Shown here: positions 50,802-59,613 of the stretch, one piece after another
Layout: every line of letters starts with the position of its first letter
How positions within the stretch are numbered: position 1 is the first letter of the stretch
Assembly (NCBI GenBank): GCA_963845565.1
Contig: CAWJSJ010000002.1
Coordinates: 384,001-448,000 of the forward strand
Direction of reading: 5' to 3'
From: an uncultured Methylomirabilota bacterium
GTDB lineage: Bacteria > Methylomirabilota > Methylomirabilia > Methylomirabilales > 2-02-FULL-66-22
DNA: 64,000 nucleotides
Notes under the pieces: model-generated
What the model was told of the DNA's origin: nothing
The model's database searches: none
The model's input: the letters and a program-made list of their open reading frames with translations, nothing else
Made by a program: the position numbers and the translations under genes

Positions 50802-50897
50802 CGGTAACACTCCTTTCGGTTCCTCCTGGGAACCCCGGCGTTGGAGTGTCACCCGTCTTCCTCAAGGACTTTTGCTCATGATCTGGTCGTTAGCCCA

Positions 50898-50983
50898 AGC
50901 TGTGTCGCCCCTCTGCCCTGGCTCCTGCGGCATGCTCCCCCTTTGTGCCTTCGTTCGCCCCGCCTCGATCCGCAACGGCGCTC
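50898..50983 (+). repeat. Direct repeat family 3, copy C, abutting the right end of the element
   Basis: AGCTGTGTCGCCCCTCTGCCC...CGATCCGCAACGGCGCTC. Confidence 0.9.
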
Positions 50984-51049
50984 GCGCTTGACACCTTTGG
51001 CCGCCTGGGGCATGCTCGCGACGATTCGCTTCGCAGGGGGATACACCGG

Positions 51050-52079
51050 ATGGCCCGAACGATTCGGCAGATCAGGAAGGTCGAGCTGCACCAGCACGTG
51101 GATGGGTCCATCCCACCCCGGACCGTCTGGCGGCTGATGAAGGGCCACGGGCTCAACCCGGTGCCCACGCTCCGCGAGATGCGGCGGCTGCTCCAGCTCC
51201 AGGAGGACGAGACGGGCTCGCTCCTGGCCTACCTGGACAAGTTCCACTATCCGCTCTGGATCACGCAGTTCTACGAGAACATCGACCGCGTGACGCTCGA
51301 TATCGTGGAAGCGGCATACGGCCACGGCGTGCGACTGCTGGAGCTGCGCTATGCGCCGGCGATTCACACCTACGGAGGGCTCACGCCCCGACAGGCGATC
51401 CGGGCCGTCCTCTCGGGCATGAACACGGCGGTCCGGCGCCACCCCGACCTGGAGATCGGCCTCATCATCATCTCCATGCGCCAGCACGGGCCGCACATCG
51501 CCAAGATCATCGCGCGCCAGGCGCTGGCCGAGGCCCAGCACCTGCACGATCGGGCGGGGGTGGTGGGCTTCGATCTTGCGGGGGCGGAGCGGGGCAACCC
51601 GCCCCGGCTGTTCCGCGACGCGTACGAGATCGCGCGGCGAGGCGGTCTTGGCCTCACCGTGCATGCGGGCGAGGACGAGGGGCCGGAGAACATCTGGGAG
51701 GCGATCGATCTCTTGGGCGTCGACCGGATCGGCCATGGTTGCTCAGCCGTGCGGGACCGGAAGCTGCTCCGCCGTCTTGCCCGTGACCGCATCCTGGTGG
51801 AATGCTGCATTGCGTCGAACTATCAGACCGGCGCGGTGGCGCGGGGGACGCCCCACCCGATTCACGCTTTTCTGGAACAGGGGATCCCCGTCGCCATCTG
51901 CACGGATAACACCACGGTGAGCGGAACCGACCAGACCCGCGAGTGCCGGTTTCTTCTCGACCGCCTCACCGTCAAGGAGATCGAGGCGATCCATCGCGAC
52001 GCGACGATATCAGAGCTTCATCCGGCGGGCGGCGGACCTCGTGGAGCGGGGCCGGCGGGCGCCGGCGCCCCGCGCGTGA
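51050..52079 (+). CDS. add: Adenosine deaminase, likely frameshift near 52010
   Basis: ELHQHVDGS, ELRYAP, GFDLAG, HAGE, RIGHG and TDN motifs; TTGACA-17-CATGCT upstream. Confidence 0.88.
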
Positions 52080-52143
52080 CCGGACTCCGGGCGGACGGAG
52101 CCGTTTCCAAGACAACACAGACCGCATCAAGAGGAGTCGCACC

Positions 52144-53052
52144 ATGCCCCAGAAGATCGGCGTCGTCGGCATCGGCATCATGGGCCAGCGGATGTGCAGA
52201 AACCTCGTCAAGGCGGGCTTCCCGGTGGTGGCCCACGATCTGAGCCCGACGGCAAGTCAACTGGCCGCCGCGTTGGGTGCGGGCTTCGCGGCCGACCTCC
52301 CCTCCTTGGCCCGCCAGGCGGACGTCGTCCTCTTGAGCTTGCCCGGTCCCCCGCAGGTCCTCGCGGTGACCGAGGGTCCGCAGGGTCTGCTCGCGCACCT
52401 CCGGCCCGGCGCCCATCTCTGCGACGCCAGCACCGTGGACCCCGGCACCTCTCGCAGGGTCTACGAGGCGGCCCGCGCCAAAGGGATCCATGCCCTGGAC
52501 TGCCCGGTGAGCGGCGGCCCCACCGGCGCCGAGGCCGGAACGCTGACCATCATGGTCGGCGGCGACGCGGCGGCGCTGGAGGCGGTGCGGCCGGTCCTCG
52601 CGGCCATCGGGAAGAAGGTCGTCCACTGCGGCCCCCCGGGCGCCGGCCAGGGGGCCAAGCTGGTCAACCAGGCGCTGGTGGCGATTCACACGGTGTCGGC
52701 GTTCGAGGCGCTCCTGGTGGGCCGCAAGCTCGGCCTTGATCTGGACACGATGGTGTCGATCCTGCGCACCAGTTCCGGCGGCACATGGCTCCTGGAGAAT
52801 CATCTCCGGATCAAGGCCCTGGCCGGGGATTTCGAACCCGGCTTCGCGCTCAACCTGCTCTTCAAGGATCTGAACTTGTTCCTGCAGACGGCCACCGAGG
52901 CGCAGGCGCCCGCCCTGATCGCCGCCTCGACGCTTCAACTGTACAACGCCGCGCGCGCGGCCGGCGGCGGCTTGCGAGATCAGACGGTGGTAGCCAAAGA
53001 GATGGAGAAATTGGCCCAGGTCGAGCTCGGCACGTTGACGCCGGATCGGTAA
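52144..53052 (+). CDS. 3-hydroxyisobutyrate dehydrogenase / tartronate semialdehyde reductase family
   Basis: GIGIMG, DCPVSGG, GTLTIMVGG, KLVNQ and KDL motifs. Confidence 0.9.
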   Translation: MPQKIGVVGIGIMGQRMCRNLVKAGFPVVAHDLSPTASQLAAALGAGFAADLPSLARQADVVLLSLPGPPQVLAVTEGPQGLLAHLRPGAHLCDASTVDPGTSRRVYEAARAKGIHALDCPVSGGPTGAEAGTLTIMVGGDAAALEAVRPVLAAIGKKVVHCGPPGAGQGAKLVNQALVAIHTVSAFEALLVGRKLGLDLDTMVSILRTSSGGTWLLENHLRIKALAGDFEPGFALNLLFKDLNLFLQTATEAQAPALIAASTLQLYNAARAAGGGLRDQTVVAKEMEKLAQVELGTLTPDR

Positions 53053-53154
53053 GCCGTTGTCAACGAATAACGTGACCGGAGAAATTCGGGAACGGCATAA
53101 GGAGCCGTAACGAAATCGCAAACAATGGACCCGTGATTTCGTAACGGCTCCTAA
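53050..53154 (-). repeat. Double-hairpin repeat, family 2, copy 5 (reverse orientation)
   Basis: TAA-GCCGTT...AACGGC-ATAA-GGAGCCGTAACGAAAT-N19-ATTTCGTAACGGCTCC-TAA; the first TAA is the upstream gene stop. Confidence 0.95.
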
Positions 53155-53211
53155 GCACGCGGCGGGCGCGAGCACGCCCGGTACCCAGGGTTGCCCACAC
53201 GGAGCAAGCCA

Positions 53212-54006
53212 ATGCGAACGCGCAAGCTGGAACTGTTGCGACCAGAAGAGATCCTGGACGAGATGCAGCGGTGCCCGGCGGTCTATCTGCCGCTGGCGCC
53301 GCTCGAGTGGCACGGGCCGCACCTGCCCTACGGCGTGGACCCGCTGATCGCGTCCGCGCTGGCCGTCCGCCTGGCGGATCGGTTGGGCGGGCTCGTGCAC
53401 CCGTGCCTGCCCCTGGGAAGCGAGCGGGAGCGGGACCCCGCGACGCTCCAGAATCTTGGGTTCGACGGCAGCGAATGGATCGTCGGGATGGATTTCCCCG
53501 CGAACAGCCTGCCGAGCCTCTACCTGCCCGAGGAGGTCCTGGCCATCGTGGTCCGCCACCAGATCGTGCTGCTCGCCAGGATGGGCTTTCGCCATGTCGT
53601 CCTGGTGAATGGTCACGGGGGCCGAAATCACGTCGCCGCACTCAAGCGGATCGCCGCCGAGTTCTCGGCCGAGGGTCGGTGCCAGGTCCACTACGTCTTC
53701 ACGTTCCCCGAGGGCGCGGGGACCTGGTCGCGGCGCCACCACGCCTCGACCGATGAGACGGCAGTGATGATGTATCTTCAGCCAGAGACGGTGCGAACGG
53801 CGGCGCTGCCGCCGCCGGGCCAGCCGATCCGGGCGAAGGACTTCGCCGTGGTGGATGACGATGCCTTCTCGGGCAAGACGCTGCCGAAGGGCACCCTCAC
53901 GGAGGATCCGCGGACCGCGACGGCCGCTCTGGGCGAGGACCATTTGGCCGCGGCGGTCGAGGCGGCCGTCGCCCTGCTTGGGGACCGACTGGCCTCTTCC
54001 GCGTGA
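53212..54006 (+). CDS. Creatininase family amidohydrolase
   Basis: EWHGPHLPYGVD, NGHGGRN and HA...ET motifs. Confidence 0.88.
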   Translation: MRTRKLELLRPEEILDEMQRCPAVYLPLAPLEWHGPHLPYGVDPLIASALAVRLADRLGGLVHPCLPLGSERERDPATLQNLGFDGSEWIVGMDFPANSLPSLYLPEEVLAIVVRHQIVLLARMGFRHVVLVNGHGGRNHVAALKRIAAEFSAEGRCQVHYVFTFPEGAGTWSRRHHASTDETAVMMYLQPETVRTAALPPPGQPIRAKDFAVVDDDAFSGKTLPKGTLTEDPRTATAALGEDHLAAAVEAAVALLGDRLASSA

Positions 54007-54043
54007 ACCGCGGCTTGGCTTCCTGGGGAAGCCGGACTCATTC

Positions 54044-54148
54044 TTAGGAGCCGTTACGAAATAACCTATACATCTCTTTCTATTTCGTTACGGCTCCTTA
54101 TGCCGTTTCGGAATGTCTCCGCTCAACTAATTTTTTGACAACGGCTTG
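54044..54148 (+). repeat. Double-hairpin repeat, family 2, copy 6
   Basis: Identical first-hairpin arms, 19-nt loop. Confidence 0.95.
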
Positions 54149-54183
54149 CGAGGATTGCGACCCGCCGACCAACGGGAGGAACC

Positions 54184-55317
54184 ATGGCCAACATGACCCA
54201 TCGAGAACGAGTCTTGGCGGCATTGAACCATCGGCAACCGGATCGCGTACCGCTGGACCTCGGCGCCACCCGCTCCACATCCATCGTCGTCCAGGCCTAC
54301 GAGCGGCTCAACCGCCACCTGGGCTCGACCGAGCCGCCGCGCATCTTCAGCAAGTGGCTGAACATCGCCCACCCGAGCCAGGCCATGCTCCAGCGCTTCG
54401 ACATCGACACCCGGAGCGTGGGCCAGGGCCCCCCCGACAACTGGCAGGACATCGTCTTCGCCGACGGCTCATACCAGGACGAATGGGGCGTGGTGCGCAG
54501 CCGCCCGGCGGGGTGCCTGTACTACGACCTGACCAAGTCCCCCTTTGCGGGAGAGGCGAGCGTGGCGGACCTGGACAGGCACCCCTGGCCCGACCCCCAC
54601 GACCCCGGTCGCTGCCGCGGCCTGAAGGAGGAGGCCCGGCGGCTGCGCCAGGAAACGGACTACGCCATCGCCCTCAACATGCCCGGCGGGGTGGTGACCC
54701 AGGCGCAGTTCCTGCGCGGTTTCGAGGACTGGTTCGCCGATCTCATCGCCGACCCCACCTTCTATCACGCCCTCCTGGAGCGGATCACCGACCTCTGGAT
54801 CGAGATGGCCAAGGACGAGCTCGACGCCGCAGGAGACTGCGCGGACTTCTGCTTCTTCGGGGACGACGTGGCCTTCCAGGACGGGCCCATGATGTCCATG
54901 GAGCTGTACCGGAAGATGGTGAAGCCCTATCACGCGCGGGTCTTCTCCTACCTCAAGTCCCGCTCGTCGGCCAAGATCCTCTACCACACCTGCGGCTCAG
55001 TCGCGCACCTCATCCCCGACCTGATCGAGCTGGGCGTGGACGCCCTCAACCCCATCCAGGTCTCCGCCAAGGGGATGGACACGAAGACCCTGAAGCGGGA
55101 GTTCGGCAAGGATATCTGCTTCTGGGGCGGCATTGACACGCAGCGGGTGCTGCCCTTCGGATCCGTCCAGGACGTGCAGGTTGAGGTCCGGCGGCGGGTC
55201 GAGGACCTGGGGCCGGACGGCTATTGCGTCTGCGCCGTGCACAACCTCCAGGCCGATGTCTCCCCCGAGAACATCTGCGCGATGTACGACGCCGCCCGGG
55301 AATACGGGCAGGCGTGA
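54184..55317 (+). CDS. Uroporphyrinogen decarboxylase / MtaA-CmuA methyltransferase family protein
   Basis: MTHRERV..AL.H..PDRVP, GDD, HTCG, LNPIQ, GGIDTQ and HNLQ motifs. Confidence 0.88.
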   Translation: MANMTHRERVLAALNHRQPDRVPLDLGATRSTSIVVQAYERLNRHLGSTEPPRIFSKWLNIAHPSQAMLQRFDIDTRSVGQGPPDNWQDIVFADGSYQDEWGVVRSRPAGCLYYDLTKSPFAGEASVADLDRHPWPDPHDPGRCRGLKEEARRLRQETDYAIALNMPGGVVTQAQFLRGFEDWFADLIADPTFYHALLERITDLWIEMAKDELDAAGDCADFCFFGDDVAFQDGPMMSMELYRKMVKPYHARVFSYLKSRSSAKILYHTCGSVAHLIPDLIELGVDALNPIQVSAKGMDTKTLKREFGKDICFWGGIDTQRVLPFGSVQDVQVEVRRRVEDLGPDGYCVCAVHNLQADVSPENICAMYDAAREYGQA

Positions 55318-55351
55318 CCCAGGCCGAGAGCCGGAGTCATTCATCCCGTGA

Positions 55352-55436
55352 ATTTCTTGTGCGTCTTGTGCTTCTTGTGGCTAATGAGCGTTTCCCTCGT
55401 GCCATCTGTGAAATCTGCGCAATCCGTGGTTTCGTG
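55352..55436 (+). repeat. Degenerate 9-nt tandem repeats
   Basis: TTTCTTGTG-CGTCTTGTG-CTTCTTGTG and ATCTGTGAA-ATCTGCGCA-ATCCGTGGT. Confidence 0.55.
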
Positions 55437-55515
55437 GATTCCGCGGCGTCTCGGCGGATCACGGTCTTCGGGTTCGGGCGGGTCATCCGCGAGACGCTGA
55501 AGGGGGACGGAGAAC

Positions 55516-56160
55516 ATGTCGGATCGTGATCTCGTGCAGGCACGCGTGCGGGAGCTGGCGGGGCGGGACTGGGATCTCGGAAGCATCGAGGCGCGCTACC
55601 GGACGCTCCTGGCCGAGGGAATCCCCCTGCGGCGGCTCGACCGGCAGGTCGTTCTCTCCTGGCAGGCCGAGCTCCTGGACCGGGTCCAGCGCCGGGCCGA
55701 GGAGTACGAATACCTCACCCACAGCTGAGCCCGCGGGGCCGCTCTTCCCGTGATGGAAGAGTTCGGGCTGGGGAGCATGGCGATGCTCAAGGGCCTCTCT
55801 CCGTTTCCCGGCTTCGGCGCCACCGGGTCGGTTTGCGGCGCGGTGGGCGGAGGACTGTTCGTCCTCGGCCTCTATTTCGGAAGCGATGATCCGACGGATT
55901 ACCGGGCCACGGGCGCGGCCATGACCGCCGCCCGGGATTTCATCTCGCGCTTCGAGGCGGTCCTCGCCTCGACCCTCTGCCCCAAGATTCAGGAAGACAT
56001 GATCTTCGGCCGCTACATGGACGCCCGGGCCAGCCGGGAGAACTTCGAGGCCTTCCAGCGCGAGCTGGGTTACGCCAAGTGCGCCCTCCCCGCCGGCGTC
56101 GGGGCCCGCCTCGCGGCCGAGATCATCATCGAGAGCATGGAGGGAAACCGCTCCCGGTAG
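55516..56160 (+). CDS. C_GCAxxG_C_C family redox protein, predicted selenoprotein (UGA 55726-55728)
   Basis: ORFs 55516..55728 and 55750..56160 are in frame; UGA falls where the first Cys is expected, ahead of VCGAVGG, LCPKI and KC; SECIS-like hairpin follows. Confidence 0.82.
55728..55769 (+). promoter_or_regulatory. Bacterial SECIS-like hairpin
   Basis: Upper stem GCTCTTCC-CGTGAT-GGAAGAGT, lower stem AGCCCG/CGGGCT; loop starts 20 nt after the UGA with G at loop position 2. Confidence 0.7.
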
Positions 56161-56262
56161 ATTCATGTTGCTGCCTGCTCCGTGCGTTTCTCCTGAGCTT
56201 CCGCCGCAGATCCTGGCGCGTGCGCAGGGTCGCGACGGCCTGCCGAGGCCCGGGGCGGGGCG

Positions 56263-57261
56263 TTAGGGCGTGACGATGCCCTTGAGGTATCCCGGCGGCG
56301 GAGTGACGAGCGCCTGGAACCCCTTCGCCGTCTCCTCCAGCGAGTAGCGGTGCGTGATCAACCGCTCCAGCGGGTAGAGGCCTCCGGCGACGGCCTGCAT
56401 GGCGATCTCCATGTCCCGCCGCTGGTCCGGCGAATACTCCGGGTGCAGGCTGAGGATCACGGGCGCCCGGGGACCCCACAGGCTGAGGTCGTAGACGTCC
56501 GGCACCGCATGGTAACCATACAGGACGACGACGCCGGGAGGGGGGCCGGTGCGGATGACCTGACTGGTCAGGGTCACGCCGGCAGGCTTCCCGATCCCCT
56601 CGAAGGCCACGTCGCACATCCGGCCGCGGGTGATCGACCTCACCTCCTGGATGACGTCGGTTCGACGGGGGTTCACGGCGGCCGTCGCCCCCAGCGTCTT
56701 CGCCAGCTCCAGCCGGTCGTCCAGCACGTCGCAGGCGATGATCTCCCCCAGGCCCCGGGAGGCGAGATTGGCGATCACCACGAGCCCCATGAAGCCGCAG
56801 CCGGCCACGAAGGCATGGTCGCCGAACCTGATCTGCGAGTAGCGGACGATGCTGGCGCAGCACTTGAGCGGCTCCCCGAGGCAGAGCTCCAGCGGGAGCG
56901 TCTCCGGAACCTTGACCACCTCCGTGAAGAATTCCTGACTGGCGAAATCGACGGTGGCGTACTCGGCGAAGCTCTTCCGGAATCCGAGACCGGTCACGCG
57001 ATCGCCGGGCGCGAAACCGTGCACGGCGCGTCCCACCTCCGTCACGACGCCCGCGGGCTCGTGGCCCAGCATCAGGGGATAGCTGACCGGCTGCCCGGTC
57101 CACATGGTTCCCGTGCCCAGGTATCGGCCCAGTTCGCTGTGGCACAGTCCGCAGGCTGTGATTCGGACCCGCATCTGGGTGGGAGAGAGTGCGGGGAGCT
57201 CGATCTCCTGGATCTCCATCCGTGCCGGTCCGACCACGACCGCCGCCTTCGTCTTCATCAT
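56263..57261 (-). CDS. Zinc-binding medium-chain dehydrogenase
   Basis: CGLCHSE, LGHEPAG, GDRV, GCGFMG and LITHRY motifs. Confidence 0.9.
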   Translation of the reverse strand: MMKTKAAVVVGPARMEIQEIELPALSPTQMRVRITACGLCHSELGRYLGTGTMWTGQPVSYPLMLGHEPAGVVTEVGRAVHGFAPGDRVTGLGFRKSFAEYATVDFASQEFFTEVVKVPETLPLELCLGEPLKCCASIVRYSQIRFGDHAFVAGCGFMGLVVIANLASRGLGEIIACDVLDDRLELAKTLGATAAVNPRRTDVIQEVRSITRGRMCDVAFEGIGKPAGVTLTSQVIRTGPPPGVVVLYGYHAVPDVYDLSLWGPRAPVILSLHPEYSPDQRRDMEIAMQAVAGGLYPLERLITHRYSLEETAKGFQALVTPPPGYLKGIVTP

Positions 57262-57339
57262 TCCTCCTTGCTTGAGCAGACCAGCGTCCAGAACCGCCAC
57301 CCTCCAAGCGTCGGTTAGCCGACTACTCCCGGGTCGCGG

Positions 57340-58323
<984 letters not shown>

Positions 58324-58498
58324 GGGTCCTCCTCGGGCGATCGCCCGCGCGGGCTTGTCCTCGTGCACGACGCTATGTATAAGGGGGCGCTTGCATTGTC
58401 AAGGGCAAAGGGGTAGAGAGAACATGGCGCCGTCATCTCGAGGCATCCGGTTCGAATTGTCGTAGGGGTGTTTTTTGCATCGCATGAATGGAGGGCGC

Positions 58499-59284
58499 AT
58501 GAACATCGTCGATAGCTTTCGACTGGATGGCCGCGTGGCGCTGGTCACGGGGGCGGGCAAGGGGATCGGCGAAGGGATCGCGATCGGCCTGGCCGAGGCG
58601 GGGGCCGATCTCGCGCTGCTGGCTCGAACCCGCTCGGATCTCGATCGCGTGGCGGATCGGGTGCGCGCGCTCGGTCGGCGGGCGCTCGTAGTTCCCTGCG
58701 ATGTGGGGGACGTCGCGGCGATTCCCTCCGCGGTCCAGCAGATCGTGGACGGCTTCGGACGGCTCGACATCCTGGTCAACTGCGCCGGCATCCAGCGCCG
58801 CATGACCGTCCTGGAGGCCACCGTCGAGGGCTGGGAGCAGGTGATCAACACCAATCTGCGTAGCGTTTACTTCATGACCCAAGCGGCCGGCAAGGTCATG
58901 GTCGGGCAGCGGCGCGGCAAGGTCATCAGCATCTCCTCCATGACGGCCTACCGCGGTTTCCATATGATCTCGCCCTACGGGATCTCCAAGGCGAGCATCG
59001 CCAATTTCACCAAATACCTCGCGGTGGAGTGGGCTCCCCACAACATCCAGGCAAATGCGATCGCCCCCGGCTGGATCGAGACCCCCATGACCGCCCAGAT
59101 GGGTGCCGAACGCGTCCAGTGGGTTCGCGAGCACGTCCCCCAGGGGAAGTTCGGCCAACCGCGTGACGTCGCCGGCCTGGCGGTTTTCCTTGCCAGCCCA
59201 GCCTCGGACTACATCACCGGCCAAACCATCCCAGTGGATGGCGGCTTCCTGGCCGGAAATCCGTGGCCGACGGCACAAACCTAA
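58499..59284 (+). CDS. SDR oxidoreductase (KduD/gluconate dehydrogenase-like)
   Basis: TGAGKGIG, YGISK, EWAPHNIQAN and VDGG motifs. Confidence 0.9.
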   Translation: MNIVDSFRLDGRVALVTGAGKGIGEGIAIGLAEAGADLALLARTRSDLDRVADRVRALGRRALVVPCDVGDVAAIPSAVQQIVDGFGRLDILVNCAGIQRRMTVLEATVEGWEQVINTNLRSVYFMTQAAGKVMVGQRRGKVISISSMTAYRGFHMISPYGISKASIANFTKYLAVEWAPHNIQANAIAPGWIETPMTAQMGAERVQWVREHVPQGKFGQPRDVAGLAVFLASPASDYITGQTIPVDGGFLAGNPWPTAQT

Positions 59285-59544
59285 CCCGGTGTGGTTCGGA
59301 TCGTCTCTCGGAGTCGCTGGGTAATCCGGTTGACGTCTTCCGCCTTTCGGTTGAAAACCTCCGCGGTGGGTTGGAGGCCGTCCACCTGGGCCTCACCCAG
59401 CAACTCGTCCACCAGCCCCTGCACCGCCGGCGGGAGCTCATCCCGGTTCCGGCGCAGGAAGCCCAGCGTGCGATCGAGCCCCTGGCGGCTCTGGCCCATC
59501 ATCTCCCGCGCCTGCTCCAACTCCTGCGGCGCCTGCGTCCACAT
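59281..59544 (-). CDS. Helical hypothetical protein or 3' gene fragment
   Basis: 87-aa ORF with GC3-rich codons and amphipathic helices; no clear RBS. Confidence 0.35.
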   Translation of the reverse strand: MWTQAPQELEQAREMMGQSRQGLDRTLGFLRRNRDELPPAVQGLVDELLGEAQVDGLQPTAEVFNRKAEDVNRITQRLRETIRTTPG

Positions 59545-59613
59545 GGCGATCCTGGCGGCGATCAGCCACAGGAAGTCGGATCTCCGCCCGGGACACCCCC
59601 GCCCGCGATCCGC

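Larger units (their letters stand above)
47814..50897 (-). mobile_element. Unusual IS-like element with two DDE integrases and two HTH genes
   Basis: TG at 47814 and CA at 50896-50897; imperfect ~50-bp IRs sharing ATGAGC-N7/8-TTGAGGAARACGGGTRACACTC; four genes on the minus strand. Confidence 0.85.

Noticed and set aside
47826..50852. 1008-aa double-integrase fusion protein taken at face value
   Set aside because: The middle is Gly/Ala low-complexity text overlapping two RBS-led HTH genes, and one extra base near 48958 explains the read-through. Not fully excluded without reads.
50896..50903. CA-agc-TG as an IS3-type circle junction
   Set aside because: AGC precedes all three family-3 copies, so it belongs to the repeat and is not a captured spacer; the repeat also does not resemble the element's IR.
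34628..50983. Family-3 repeats as CRISPR repeats or tRNA-derived att sites
   Set aside because: They are kilobases apart, show no cloverleaf, T-loop or CCA, and no tyrosine or serine integrase is nearby.
7938..54148. Family-2 repeats as a CRISPR array or integron attC sites
   Set aside because: Copies are dispersed, arms are inverted, and loops are homologous to each other. There are no cas or intI genes and no RYYYAAC/GTTRRRY boundaries.
55726..55728. TGA as a nonsense mutation or two separate genes
   Set aside because: Its position at the expected Cys and the adjacent SECIS-like hairpin favour Sec.
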